Shown here: positions 1 to 9,614 of the stretch, piece by piece
Position numbering within the stretch: the stretch's first letter is position 1
Layout: each line of letters begins with the position of its first letter
Origin: Dehalococcoidales bacterium
GTDB lineage: Bacteria > Chloroflexota > Dehalococcoidia > Dehalococcoidales > RBG-16-60-22
Assembly: GCA_050014355.1 (NCBI GenBank)
Contig: JBEKDL010000003.1
Location: 1-53,545, forward strand
Length of the DNA stretch: 53,545 bases
Reading direction: 5' to 3'
Program-made: the position numbers and the translations under genes
The notes under the pieces: generated by a model
Database searches by the model: none
Seen by the model: the letters and a program-made list of their open reading frames with translations, nothing else
What the model was told of the DNA's origin: nothing

Positions 1-194
1 CCGGCGGCAAAGGCTCTTTCGCCGGTGCTGGTCAGGATAACCACCCTTACCTCCGGGTCGTTCTCGATGGACTCGAAAGCGTCGTAGAGTTCTTTGTAGA
101 CGGTGCTGTTGAGAGCGTTCAACTTATCCGGGCGGTTGAGGGTTACTTTGGCGATGCCATCGGCCTTTTCGTAGAGTAACGTGCTGTAAGTCAT
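1..194 (-). CDS. Enoyl-CoA hydratase/isomerase (crotonase) family protein, N-terminal part (runs off window start)
   Basis: Not in ORF track. Manual translation from ATG 194: MTYSTLLYEKADGIAKVTLNRPDKLNALNSTVYKELYDAFESIENDPEVRVVILTSTGERAFAAG, with typical crotonase LNRP..LNAL and AF.AG motifs. SD AGGAGG at 206-201. Confidence 0.9.
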   Translation of the reverse strand, partial: MTYSTLLYEKADGIAKVTLNRPDKLNALNSTVYKELYDAFESIENDPEVRVVILTSTGERAFAA

Positions 195-375
195 GGTTTA
201 CCTCCTCTAGGTTTGACTGGATGATTCGGATAGCGTACCTGTTCTCATCAATTGAGATGAAGGGGACTCCTGGAGAAGAAAAATCCTTTGATATTTTAAG
301 TTATCAGGCTCGCTGGTGTCAAGCTGCGGTCGTTTCTGATAGAATATAAATGGGGGTTGAGGGGGATTTAAAAAT

Positions 376-1218
376 ATGGCTATTTCCACGATTACAAACG
401 TTAAATATACCGAGAAAGAATGCAAGTCGGTCCTGAATAAGTCCGGCCTGGCCGATTACGCGGTAAACTGCTATACCGGCTGCGCGCACGGGTGCATCTA
501 CTGTTACGCCAGGTTTGCCAGCCGGTTCACGCACCCCGGGGAGGCCTGGGGCGGCTACGTGGATATCAAGATTAACGCCCCGCAGGTGCTCGCTCGTGAA
601 GTTAAAAGGAAAAGCGCCGGGAGCGTGATGCTTAGCTCCGTCTGCGATGCCTGGCAGCCCGCTGAAGAAAAATACCTGCTGACGAGGCAATGCATCGAGA
701 TTCTGCTTCATCATCACTATCATTTGAGTACTCTTACCAAGAGCGCCATGGCCGCCCGCGACCTGGATATCCTGGCGTCATCGAAAGAGACAGATTTTGG
801 CGTGACTATTACGTCTCTTGACCCTGTGCTATGCCGGATAATCGAGCCGCTGGCGTCACCTCCCGATAAACGCCTTGACCTGCTCCAGCAGGCTAAAGAT
901 AAGGGGCTGACGACCTACGCGTTCATCGGGCCTTTGCTCCCCCGTCTTTCCGACAGCGCCGAAAACATTACCGCGCTGCTCAAAGCGATTAAAGATGCCG
1001 GCGTCGACTACTTTTACGTCGATAAGCTCAATCTACGCTATGGCGTGTGGCCCGCCCTGTTGAAAATGCTCCGCGAACATTATCCTTACCTAGTAGAAGA
1101 ATACCGGAAAATCTTCTTCCAACCGGCGGCCCACATGGGCTACGCAGATAACCTGGCCGAACGCGCGCGCCAGACCGCCGCCAGACTGGGAATCACCGAT
1201 AGGATGAAGCTTTGCTGA
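376..1218 (+). CDS. Radical SAM protein, SplB/spore-photoproduct-lyase-like family
   Basis: CxxxCxxC motif in NCYTGCAHGCIYCYA, plus SSVCDAWQPAE and TLTKS segments typical of SplB-like radical SAM proteins. Confidence 0.85.
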   Translation: MAISTITNVKYTEKECKSVLNKSGLADYAVNCYTGCAHGCIYCYARFASRFTHPGEAWGGYVDIKINAPQVLAREVKRKSAGSVMLSSVCDAWQPAEEKYLLTRQCIEILLHHHYHLSTLTKSAMAARDLDILASSKETDFGVTITSLDPVLCRIIEPLASPPDKRLDLLQQAKDKGLTTYAFIGPLLPRLSDSAENITALLKAIKDAGVDYFYVDKLNLRYGVWPALLKMLREHYPYLVEEYRKIFFQPAAHMGYADNLAERARQTAARLGITDRMKLC

Positions 1219-1232
1219 TGAGACGTAATTCA

Positions 1233-1261
1233 TTGACATTCCTTACTATGTCCGTTAAACT
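1233..1261 (+). promoter_or_regulatory. Sigma70-type promoter for tldD operon
   Basis: TTGACA (1233-1238), 17 bp spacer, TAAACT (1256-1261), upstream of tldD ATG. Confidence 0.6.
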
Positions 1262-1297
1262 TGCTAATTGTAAGCGCCTTTAATAGAGGCTTAACCT

Positions 1298-2674
1298 ATG
1301 CCCGATATTGATATTGTTGCCCAAGGGCTGGCTGATGAACTAAAAAAACGCCGCGCTGATTACCTGGAAGCCCGCTTCGAGGAGAGCCAGACCAGCCACA
1401 TCATATATCGCGGCCGAGAGGTAGAATCAGTAGGCCGTTCCGCTGCCAGCGGCGGCAATGTACGCGCCCTGGTAAAAGGGGGGTGGGGGTTCACCTCCTT
1501 CAACGACTTCGAGAAATTGCCCGAACGTATCGCGCTGGCCGCCGAGCAGGCTAAAGCCGCTGGCCGCGGTAAAAGCGAGCTGGCGCCAATACCCGCCGTA
1601 ACCGATAGCGTACCGAGCGGTGTATCCCAAAACCCCGTTGAAATTCCCCTCGCGGAAAAGAAAAAGCTCCTCGATGAATACAACGACATCATCTGGGGCA
1701 CGCCACAGATACAGACCTCCAGCATCGGCTATTCCGACAGTCGTAAAAAAGTCATTTTTTTAAGCTCGGAAGGCAGCTATATCACCCAGGAAAGGGCCGA
1801 TGTCACCCTGCGGCTTACGGCCGTCGCCGCGAAAGACGGGGAGGTGCAGCAGGTAGGGTTGAGCCTGGGTAGCCGCGGGGATTTCAGCGCGATAGCGGGC
1901 ATCCACGAGCAGGTGCGGGAAATGGCCCGCCACGCCGTCGAGCTTCTGACCGCACCGCAGGTCAAAGGCGGCGAATATACAGTCGTGCTCGACCCCGTCC
2001 TGGCGGGCGTCTTCGTACACGAAGCCTTCGGCCACCTGTCCGAGTCCGACTTCGTTTATGAGAATGACCGGATGCGCGAGATTATGACCCTGGGCAAGCA
2101 GTTCGGGGCGCCGCAGCTCAACATCATCGATTCCGCCGCCGAGCCCCGTTTACGGGGCAGCTTTAAATATGACGACGAGGGCGTCCGCGCGGTAAAGACC
2201 TATTTGATTAAAGAAGGCAGGCTGGTGGGCCGGTTGCACTCGCGGGAGACTGCCGCTAAAATGAACGAAAAACCCACCGGCAATGCGCGGGCCATAACCT
2301 ACCGCTTCCCCCCTATCGTCCGCATGACCAATACCTACATCGAGCCGGGCAAACTATCGTTTGATGACATCATCGCCGATACCAGAGACGGGATTTACGT
2401 GAAAAACTGGTACGGCGGTATGACCAGCATGGAAATGTTCACCTTCTCCGCCGGCGAGGCCTACATGATACGCAACGGGAAAATCGCCGAGGCGGTGCGG
2501 CCTGTCAAACTCACCGGCAATGTCTTCGAGACCCTGCAAAACATCGACGCCATCGGTAACGATCTGGATATGAACGAGGGCGGCGGCTGCGGTAAAGGCG
2601 GCCAGTCACCCCTCCCCGTTTCCAACGGCAGCCCCCACATCCGCATCAGGCACTGCCTTATCGGAGGTAAATAA
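1298..2674 (+). CDS. tldD: TldD metalloprotease subunit
   Basis: HEAFGHLSESD (HExxxH), DDEG, PIVRMTNTYI and C-terminal GGCGKGGQ..PVSNGSPH motifs. Confidence 0.93.
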   Translation: MPDIDIVAQGLADELKKRRADYLEARFEESQTSHIIYRGREVESVGRSAASGGNVRALVKGGWGFTSFNDFEKLPERIALAAEQAKAAGRGKSELAPIPAVTDSVPSGVSQNPVEIPLAEKKKLLDEYNDIIWGTPQIQTSSIGYSDSRKKVIFLSSEGSYITQERADVTLRLTAVAAKDGEVQQVGLSLGSRGDFSAIAGIHEQVREMARHAVELLTAPQVKGGEYTVVLDPVLAGVFVHEAFGHLSESDFVYENDRMREIMTLGKQFGAPQLNIIDSAAEPRLRGSFKYDDEGVRAVKTYLIKEGRLVGRLHSRETAAKMNEKPTGNARAITYRFPPIVRMTNTYIEPGKLSFDDIIADTRDGIYVKNWYGGMTSMEMFTFSAGEAYMIRNGKIAEAVRPVKLTGNVFETLQNIDAIGNDLDMNEGGGCGKGGQSPLPVSNGSPHIRIRHCLIGGK

Positions 2675-3975
2675 TGGAACGCATCCTGGCCCTGGCGCAG
2701 AAAGTCGCCGCGGAAGCCGAGGTCTACCAGGTCTCCTCCGAGGAAACGCAGGTGCGTTTCGAAGCCAACCGTCTCAAGCAGCTCCAGACCAACCAATCGA
2801 CGAGCGTGGCGCTGCGCATTATCAAAGACGGTCGGATTGGCTATGCCACCACCTCCGGCGCTTTAGACCGGCGGCAACTGGTGAAAAATGCCGTGGAGAC
2901 GGCGTTTTTCGGCGCGATAGCGAAATTCCGGTTGCCCGGCCGGACCTCTTATCCGGAAATCGAAATACTCGACCCCGCCGTAGCCTCCGTTCCCATTAAA
3001 GGCATGGTCGGCCTCGGCGAAGCGATGATAGACACGATAACGGCGCACACGCCCGGTATTATCTGCGAAGGCGGGGCCAGCCGCGGGACGGTCTCGCTGA
3101 AGATTATCAACTCGCGCGGCGGGCAGGCAGAGTACCGCAAGAGCTATTTCAGCCTGGGCATCGAGGGAACGCTGGTAGAAGGCACGGATATGCTGTTCGT
3201 CGGCGAGAGCGATAGCTCCTGCCACCCTATCACCGACCCCGCGCTAATCATTAAGACTGTTTTGAGGCAGCTCGACCTGGCGCGGAACAAAGCTAAAGCG
3301 CCGACGCGTAAGCTGCCAGTTATCTTTACGCCTGATGGCGCCACCGCGCTGCTTATGCCGCTGATGTCGGCCTTCAACGGCAAGACCGTCCTCGAAGGAG
3401 CCTCCCCGATTGGCGATAAAGTGGACAAGCTAGTTTTCGATAAGAAATTCAGCTTGAGCGACGACCCGACGATTGCCTTCCGGCCGGGGAGCCGCCCCTG
3501 CGATGATGAAGGCGTAGCCAGCCGGCGTAACCATCTTATACAAAACGGCATCGTGAAGGGTTTTCTTTACGACCTGCAGACAGCGGCACTGGCCGGTACC
3601 GAAAGCACCGGTAACGGCAGCCGCGGTCGCGGCGGACTTCCCGCGCCCTCACCCAGCGCGTTCGTCATTGCGCCGGGCGATACGACCTTCGAAGACATGG
3701 TGCAGGACATCAAAGAAGGGCTGGTCATCGAGCAGCTCATGGGGGCGGAGCAGGGAAATATCCTGGGCGGCGATTTCTCCGGGAACGTCCTGCTCGGCTA
3801 TAAGGTGGAAAACGGTAAAATGGTGGGCAGGGTAAAGGATACGATGGTCGCGGGTAACGTGTATCAAATACTTAAAGACATCGCGGCCATCGGGAGCGAG
3901 GCCAAGTGGGTGGGGGGCTTTTTACAGGCCCCGCCCCTCTACTGTAAAGGACTATCAGTTTCCAGCAAGGGTTAA
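2674..3975 (+). CDS. pmbA: PmbA/TldE family protein
   Basis: Coupled to tldD (stop/start overlap at 2674). Has DDEG, STGNG, GDFSG and GNVY motifs and lacks HExxxH, as expected for PmbA. Confidence 0.9.
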   Translation: MERILALAQKVAAEAEVYQVSSEETQVRFEANRLKQLQTNQSTSVALRIIKDGRIGYATTSGALDRRQLVKNAVETAFFGAIAKFRLPGRTSYPEIEILDPAVASVPIKGMVGLGEAMIDTITAHTPGIICEGGASRGTVSLKIINSRGGQAEYRKSYFSLGIEGTLVEGTDMLFVGESDSSCHPITDPALIIKTVLRQLDLARNKAKAPTRKLPVIFTPDGATALLMPLMSAFNGKTVLEGASPIGDKVDKLVFDKKFSLSDDPTIAFRPGSRPCDDEGVASRRNHLIQNGIVKGFLYDLQTAALAGTESTGNGSRGRGGLPAPSPSAFVIAPGDTTFEDMVQDIKEGLVIEQLMGAEQGNILGGDFSGNVLLGYKVENGKMVGRVKDTMVAGNVYQILKDIAAIGSEAKWVGGFLQAPPLYCKGLSVSSKG

Positions 3976-3989
3976 AGAGGTAAAAAACT

Positions 3990-4796
3990 ATGACGAATGA
4001 CATCATCAGAATTCATGCCCGCCCCAAGCTCAATAACCCCAACCTGCTGGCGGCCTGGCCCGGCATCGGCAACGTCGCCATGATTATCGCCAACTATCTC
4101 AAGGCCAAGCTCCCCTTCAAAGAGCTCGGCTACCTGGAGCCGTCTTACTTCTTCGACCCCATCGGTGTGCTGGTGAAAGATGACGTCGTCGAGGAGCCGA
4201 CCTTCCCCGAGAGCGTGTTTTATTACTGGAAAAATACCGGAGGCGGCCGGGACCTGATACTGTTTATCGGCGATGACCAGCCCTCCGCCAAGGGCTACGA
4301 CCTGGCGCATTATGTCCTGGATGTGGGGCAGAGGTTCGGGGTCGGAAGGGTTTACACCTGCGCCGCCGCGATGACGCGCATCCACCACACCGAGCCGCCC
4401 AAGGTCTGGGGCGTCGGGACCAGCCACCTGGTCACCATCGATTTAAAGCAGTACAACCTCGAGCACTCCAGCAACCTGCAAATCGCCGGGCTGAATGGCC
4501 TGCTGCTGGGGGTTGCCAAAGAAAGGGAAATCGAAGGCATCTGCCTGCTGGGCGAAGTGCCTTCCTATGCCAGCCGGGTGACCAATCCCATGGCCGCCCT
4601 GGCGGTGATGAAAGTGCTGGCGCCGATGCTGGGAATCAAAGTGGACCTCGCCGAGCTCGCCAAAATGGCCGTCGAAGCCACGGAGAGAATCAAACAGGTG
4701 GCCGCCCAGGCGATGGAAGAGTACATCGATTACTTCACCGAGCCTATCTGGGAACGCGGTGAAGAGGAGGAAGAAGGGCACGAGGAGGAAGAATAG
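3990..4796 (+). CDS. PAC2 (proteasome assembly chaperone) family protein
   Basis: WPGIGNVA, FIGDDQP, IAGLNGLLLG and GICLLGE..Y..NP.AA motifs; acidic Glu-rich tail. Confidence 0.85.
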   Translation: MTNDIIRIHARPKLNNPNLLAAWPGIGNVAMIIANYLKAKLPFKELGYLEPSYFFDPIGVLVKDDVVEEPTFPESVFYYWKNTGGGRDLILFIGDDQPSAKGYDLAHYVLDVGQRFGVGRVYTCAAAMTRIHHTEPPKVWGVGTSHLVTIDLKQYNLEHSSNLQIAGLNGLLLGVAKEREIEGICLLGEVPSYASRVTNPMAALAVMKVLAPMLGIKVDLAELAKMAVEATERIKQVAAQAMEEYIDYFTEPIWERGEEEEEGHEEEE

Positions 4797-4828
4797 TCCT
4801 CCGAGGGTCCTTGCCATAGACTATAAAG

Positions 4829-5422
4829 ATGAAAAAAAGCAATGCCCTGGCCGGGTTCAGGCCGCTACGCGGTAGTAAAATAGAGGGGAAAAGAATCAGG
4901 CTCCGCGAGAAAAAGCTCTCCGATGTCCGCAACGACTACAACTGGCAGCGTGACCCGGGACTGGCGAGGTTCGATGCCGTCCCGGTGCTGGAGATGCCCT
5001 TCGCGCTTTACCTGCTGGATTACACCACCGAGATTAAAAAACCCAGGCATAACCGCTTTCCCCTGGCTATCGAGACCGTTGAAGGTAAACATATCGGCAA
5101 CTGCACCTGCTATGAAATCGATGAAAAGAAGGGTGAAACGCAATTCGGTATCATGATCGGCGATGCCGCTTACCGCGATAAAGGCTATGGCCAGGATGTC
5201 GTCGATACTGTAGTCTCCCACATTTTCCGTAACACGAGCCTCAACCGCGTTTATCTCAAAACCCTCGACTGGAACCTGCGGGCGCAGACGTGCTTTAGCA
5301 GGTGCGGGTTTACGCCCTGCGGCCAGCTCCGGCGCGATGGCTTCAGCTTTATACTTATGGAGCTGAACCGGGAGCTGTGGGAAAAGGGGCGGAGTGGAGA
5401 AACAGGGGATGGGGTCCATTAA
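4829..5422 (+). CDS. GNAT acetyltransferase, RimJ/RimL-like
   Basis: GKHIGNC, GIMIGD..YRDKGYG and N.RA..CF..CGF motifs. Confidence 0.85.
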   Translation: MKKSNALAGFRPLRGSKIEGKRIRLREKKLSDVRNDYNWQRDPGLARFDAVPVLEMPFALYLLDYTTEIKKPRHNRFPLAIETVEGKHIGNCTCYEIDEKKGETQFGIMIGDAAYRDKGYGQDVVDTVVSHIFRNTSLNRVYLKTLDWNLRAQTCFSRCGFTPCGQLRRDGFSFILMELNRELWEKGRSGETGDGVH

Positions 5423-6452
5423 AGCTTATTATCAGCCCATCGCCTGGCGCGGCGACCGTGTTATCATCCTCGACCAGACACGCTTGCCACAAGAGGAAAT
5501 ATACCTTGAGCTCAATGATTACAGGGCCGTGGCCGCCGCTATCAAAACGCTGAAAGTCCGCGGTGCACCGGCCATCGGCATCGCCGGGGCTTACGCTGTC
5601 GCCCTGGGCGCTTTAAAAATAGATGCTACCGCGCCCGGCGAGTTCCTGGAAAAGCTGCAAAAAATCAGTGACGCCGTGAGCGCCACCCGCCCCACCGCGC
5701 GCAACCTCTTCTTCGCTTTAGAGAGCATGAAAAAAGCCTCGGAAAAAGGAGAAAATATCGCGGTCATCAAAAAAGCGCTCATCGACGAAGCCGTTAAAAT
5801 CCACGATGAAGAGGCGGATGCCACTCGCCGTTTGAGCCGATTCGGGGCGGAGCTGATTAAGGATGGCTGGATAGTGCTGACCCATTGCAACACCGGGCCG
5901 CTGGCCGCTCCCGACTACGGCACCGCTTTAGGGGTTATCATCGCGGCGCATAAGCAGGGGAAAAGGGTAAAAGTCCTCGCCACCGAGACCCGCCCGCTTT
6001 TACAGGGCGCGCGGCTGACGACCTGGGAGTTGCAAAAGGCCGGCGTGCCGGTGACGCTGATTACGGATAGCATGGCCGGTTCGTTTATGAGGCGGGGGAA
6101 AGTTGATTGCGTCATCACCGGCGCCGACCGCATCGCCGCTAATGGGGATACCGCGAACAAAATCGGCACATACACGCTGGCGGTGCTGGCCAAAGAAAAT
6201 AAAATCCCGTTCTATATCGCCGCGCCGACCTCCACCATCGACCGCTCGCTGAAAACGGGAGATTCGATACCAATCGAGGAGCGCAAGCCGGAGGAAGTGA
6301 CACACTTCCAGGGCGTGCCCATCGCGCCGGAGGGCGTGAGCGCCGCCAACCCCGCCTTCGACATCACCCCGCATAAGTATATCACCGCTATCATTACCGA
6401 GAAGGGCATTATCAGGGCGCCTTACAGCACGGGGATTAAGGGGATTCTCTAA
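5409..6452 (+). CDS. mtnA: S-methyl-5-thioribose-1-phosphate isomerase
   Basis: LDQTRLP, VRGAPAIG, TRPTA.NL, LTHCNTG, ETRPLLQGARLT, GADRIAANGDTANKIGTY, NPAFDITP. ATG 5409 preferred over GTG 5394. Confidence 0.95.
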   Translation: MGSIKAYYQPIAWRGDRVIILDQTRLPQEEIYLELNDYRAVAAAIKTLKVRGAPAIGIAGAYAVALGALKIDATAPGEFLEKLQKISDAVSATRPTARNLFFALESMKKASEKGENIAVIKKALIDEAVKIHDEEADATRRLSRFGAELIKDGWIVLTHCNTGPLAAPDYGTALGVIIAAHKQGKRVKVLATETRPLLQGARLTTWELQKAGVPVTLITDSMAGSFMRRGKVDCVITGADRIAANGDTANKIGTYTLAVLAKENKIPFYIAAPTSTIDRSLKTGDSIPIEERKPEEVTHFQGVPIAPEGVSAANPAFDITPHKYITAIITEKGIIRAPYSTGIKGIL

Positions 6453-6460
6453 CCCCAACA

Positions 6461-6483
6461 AAAGAAAAAACCCCTCGCGGGGT
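6461..6483 (-). terminator. Intrinsic terminator (minus strand)
   Basis: Minus strand reads ACCCC-GCGA-GGGGT followed by TTTTTCTTT: a GNRA-loop hairpin plus U-tract. Confidence 0.65.
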
Positions 6484-6510
6484 CAGTAATCTTTTTTCAA
6501 TTGTTCATAT

Positions 6511-6540
6511 ATTATACCATATTATTTAATCAAATGTCAA
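6511..6540 (-). promoter_or_regulatory. Near-consensus minus-strand promoter with no CDS downstream
   Basis: Minus strand: TTGACA (6540-6535), 18 bp spacer, TATAAT (6516-6511) with extended TG. Confidence 0.6.
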
Positions 6541-6607
6541 ACTTTTCTTCGTAACTGGGGGGAAAGGTGAGTTTTAGTGAACCTATCCCCCTTTGTCCCC
6601 CACAGGC

Positions 6608-6710
6608 TGTCATTGCGAGGCCGAAGGCCGCGGCAATCTCCATCATCAGCTTAACTAGAGATAGAGATTCTCACGTCGTCCCGATTAAATCGGGACTCCT
6701 CAGAATGACA
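6608..6710. repeat. Palindromic MITE/REP-like element, copy 1 (TGTCATT...AATGACA)
   Basis: Terminal inverted TGTCATT/AATGACA, internal hairpin GTCCCGATT-A-AATCGGGAC; 3' half nearly identical to 20936-20980. Confidence 0.8.
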
Positions 6711-6818
6711 AGATAATACGGGGCTTGCGCTAGACATAAAGCTATCCTATACTTTAGGTACATTTAATGGGGAATATAGGAGCAAGGTAGACATTATATG
6801 TAATAGGAGATAAATAAG

Positions 6819-7673
6819 GTGGAGAGGAAGAGTATAGGAAGATTTCCTGAGGGTGTTTTGGAGCATATATCAAAAACTATCGGTGATTATAGGACAGGCT
6901 CTGAAATTGCAGAACTTCTGAGGAATGCTGGGTATCCAGAAAAGGGTTTTGTTGTTGGCACTAAGTGGAGATTCCTTTATGAAATTTTCAAGGAATTCAA
7001 CAACAAGCCAGAAGGACAATATCATATAGCTAAAATTGTTCAGGCATTCTGTGAACCAACACAATGGATTGGTAGGAGTTCTGAAAATAAAAAAGTAATG
7101 GATATCCTTAACGAGGGACTTTTACATGTTAATCTTCAACTTAATGAGAACTGCAAAATTATTATTACTCAAAAAAGAATAATTCATACTAACAAAGAAG
7201 AAACAATAGAGTTGCCAAAAGAACCTAGGGTTTTGACCGTCTTCCCTATTTTTACAGCGAGAGATTTTCTGTTAGAGCAGGATTTATGTTTTGTTCTTAT
7301 ACCTTTTAAACCTTCTTTTGATAGACTATATAAAGAAAAAATAAAACCTTGTGTTGAGGCTTGTAAATTTAGATGTCTGAGGGCAGATGATTTATTTTCG
7401 CCGACTCCAATTCTGGAGGATATTTGGGTTCATATTTGTAAGAGTAAAGTCATTGTTGCCGATGTAACCGGCAGAAACTCGAACGTATTCTATGAAATTG
7501 GCATAGCTCACACGGTAGGTAAGCCTGTTATTATTATCACTCAAGATAAGGCTGATGTTCCCTTTGATGTATCACAGTTTAGATATTTCTTGTATTCTGA
7601 TGATACTCAGGGTTGGACTAAACTGTACAATGACATTTCATCAGCGCTTAAAAGTATAATCTCTGGAAGTTAA
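6819..7673 (+). CDS. AT-rich two-domain protein: AbiJ/TIGR02391-like N-terminal domain plus nucleoside 2-deoxyribosyltransferase (NDT)-like C-terminal domain; candidate defence gene
   Basis: C-terminal CFVLIPF...RADD...IWVHI.KS.VIVADVTGRNSNVFYEIGIAH..GKPVIII.Q....PFD is the NDT-like signature. N-terminal TGSEI..LL...TKW..LY resembles the TIGR02391/AbiJ-type N-domain (from memory). GTG start with SD AGGAGA; visibly AT-rich. Confidence 0.7.
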   Translation: MERKSIGRFPEGVLEHISKTIGDYRTGSEIAELLRNAGYPEKGFVVGTKWRFLYEIFKEFNNKPEGQYHIAKIVQAFCEPTQWIGRSSENKKVMDILNEGLLHVNLQLNENCKIIITQKRIIHTNKEETIELPKEPRVLTVFPIFTARDFLLEQDLCFVLIPFKPSFDRLYKEKIKPCVEACKFRCLRADDLFSPTPILEDIWVHICKSKVIVADVTGRNSNVFYEIGIAHTVGKPVIIITQDKADVPFDVSQFRYFLYSDDTQGWTKLYNDISSALKSIISGS

Positions 7674-7698
7674 TTAAGATAAAAGAGGAGGTCTCCTG

Positions 7699-8574
7699 AT
7701 GTCCCCATCACAGGCTAGAATCGGCGTTATCGGCGGAACGGGATTGTATGATATCGAGGGGCTGACGGACGTGAAAGAGGTCCGGCCAGAAACGCCCTTC
7801 GGCAAGCCGTCTTACGCTATCGTGGTGGGGAAACTGGGAAGGGTGGGCATCGCCTTTCTGCCGCGCCACGGCAAGGGCCACCGCATCTCCCCTACCGAGG
7901 TGCCCTACCGCGCCAACATCTACGCCCTTAAAGCGCTCGGCGTGGAGTTTATCATCTCCTCCAACTCCTGCGGCAGCTTTAAAGAGGAGCTTAAGCCCGG
8001 CCACCTCCTTATCCCCGACCAGATTATCGACCGCACTCGCCAGCGCATTAGCTCCTTCTTCGGCGAGGGCGTCGTCGCCCATATCCAGTTCGCCGACCCG
8101 TTTTGCCCCGTCTTGAGCAACATCGTCTATCAAGCAGCTAAAGAGGCCGGCGCCACCGTCCACCAGGGCGGCACGTTCGTCGCCATGGAAGGCCCCGCCT
8201 TCTCCACCCGCGCCGAGTCGCGCCTCTATAAGTCCTGGGGCGCGGACGTCCTCGGCATGACCGTGCTGCCGGAAGCCAAGCTCGCCCGCGAGGCGGAAAT
8301 CTGCTACGCTTCCATCGCCTGCATCACCGACTACGATAGCTGGCGCGAGACGGCGGAAACCGTGACCGTAGATGCCATTTTAACAATCATGAGGAACAAC
8401 ATCGACTTCGCCAAAAAGACCATCAAGCTGGCGGCGGGAAGGGTGCCGTCAGTGCGCCGCTGCGTCTGCGCCAGCGCTTTAGGCCCCGCCCTCGTCACCG
8501 ACCCGGCGGCCATGCCCGCGGCGACGAAAAAAAAGCTCGACCTGCTTATCGGGAAATACATTAAAAAGAGATAG
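7699..8574 (+). CDS. mtnP: S-methyl-5'-thioadenosine phosphorylase
   Basis: IGVIGGTG, TPFGKPS, LPRHG.GH, MEGPAFSTRAES, GMT..PEAKLAREAEICYA, TDYD. Strong SD GAGGAGG. Confidence 0.95.
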   Translation: MSPSQARIGVIGGTGLYDIEGLTDVKEVRPETPFGKPSYAIVVGKLGRVGIAFLPRHGKGHRISPTEVPYRANIYALKALGVEFIISSNSCGSFKEELKPGHLLIPDQIIDRTRQRISSFFGEGVVAHIQFADPFCPVLSNIVYQAAKEAGATVHQGGTFVAMEGPAFSTRAESRLYKSWGADVLGMTVLPEAKLAREAEICYASIACITDYDSWRETAETVTVDAILTIMRNNIDFAKKTIKLAAGRVPSVRRCVCASALGPALVTDPAAMPAATKKKLDLLIGKYIKKR

Positions 8575-8577
8575 ATT

Positions 8578-9612
8578 ATGTCAAATACCGATTTCTACTG
8601 CCTGCCCACCATCATCGGCAGCATGCCGCATACCGACCCGAAAAAAGCGTGCGCGCTGATTGCCCGCTTCCTGAAAGATATTCCCGCCTGGCCGCAGCTG
8701 CCGCGGCGCTCCTTCCTCGAGAACATGTACGTCCAGTACAGCGAGGGCTTCCCGGGCGCGGTCGTCGAGAATAACCGGATTTACGTGGATACTTCTCAAG
8801 ATTTCACCAAATCGCTGGAGACTTTATACCAGGCATATCTCGATAATGACACTTACAGGTTCCCCATTGGGCGGGATTACGCGGCAGGCCTTTACGCGTT
8901 CCTCGACCAGCCCAATCTATCTCCCCGGGCAGTCAAGGGGCATGTCACCGGGCCGCTTTCGTGGGGGCTGACTGTCGCCGACGACAGCAAGCGCGCCATA
9001 CTTTATCATGAAGTCCTCGGCGATGCCATCCCCAAGCTGCTTAAGCTCAAGGCGGCCTGGCAGGAAAAAGAATTAAATAAAATCTCCAGAAATACCATCA
9101 CCTTCGTCGACGAGCCGATTATGGCCTCCTACGGGTCGGTCGTTGCCTCCGGGCCGTTCTCCAAGCCGGAAAAAATCGCGGAGATGGTGGATGAAGTCTT
9201 CAGCGGTATCAGCGGCCTGAAAGGTATCCACTGCTGCGGCAATACCGATTGGTCGGTGCTGTTAAAAACGAAGCTCGATATCCTCAACTTCGATGTCTAC
9301 AGCTACGCGCAGTCGGTCAGCCTTTACCCGGAGGAAATCAAGAAATTCTTGGGGCGGGGCGGGGCGATAGCGTGGGGCATCGTCCCCAACAGCCCTGATC
9401 CTCTGGCACAAGAGTCGGTGGCCAGCCTGAAAGACCGCCTCGAAGAAGCAATCGCGCCCTTTACGCGCAAAGGCATCCCATTCAAAGATATTATTAGGCA
9501 GAGCCTGCTCACTCCAAGCTGCTCCCTGGCCCCGCTGACGGACGACGGCGCCGAGCAGGCATTGAAACTTTTAACTGACTTATCTACGGAAATGAGAAAG
9601 CGGTATAAATAG
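8578..9612 (+). CDS. Core (single-barrel) methionine synthase, MetE C-terminal domain only (MesB-like)
   Basis: TIIGSMP, WPQLP, KGHVTGP, FVDEP, Zn ligands GIHCCG and TPSC, IAWGIVP. 344 aa with no N-terminal folate barrel; adjacent to mtnP. Confidence 0.85.
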   Translation: MSNTDFYCLPTIIGSMPHTDPKKACALIARFLKDIPAWPQLPRRSFLENMYVQYSEGFPGAVVENNRIYVDTSQDFTKSLETLYQAYLDNDTYRFPIGRDYAAGLYAFLDQPNLSPRAVKGHVTGPLSWGLTVADDSKRAILYHEVLGDAIPKLLKLKAAWQEKELNKISRNTITFVDEPIMASYGSVVASGPFSKPEKIAEMVDEVFSGISGLKGIHCCGNTDWSVLLKTKLDILNFDVYSYAQSVSLYPEEIKKFLGRGGAIAWGIVPNSPDPLAQESVASLKDRLEEAIAPFTRKGIPFKDIIRQSLLTPSCSLAPLTDDGAEQALKLLTDLSTEMRKRYK

Positions 9613-9614
9613 AC

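Noticed and set aside
300-375. Possible SOS box upstream of the SplB-like gene (also checked nurA, 34860-34950)
   Set aside because: No GAAC-N4-GTTC seen in either region.
376-3975. Radical SAM plus TldD/PmbA as a RiPP biosynthetic cluster
   Set aside because: The radical SAM is SplB-like with no SPASM or RRE features, tldD has its own promoter, and no precursor peptide, YcaO or transporter is adjacent.
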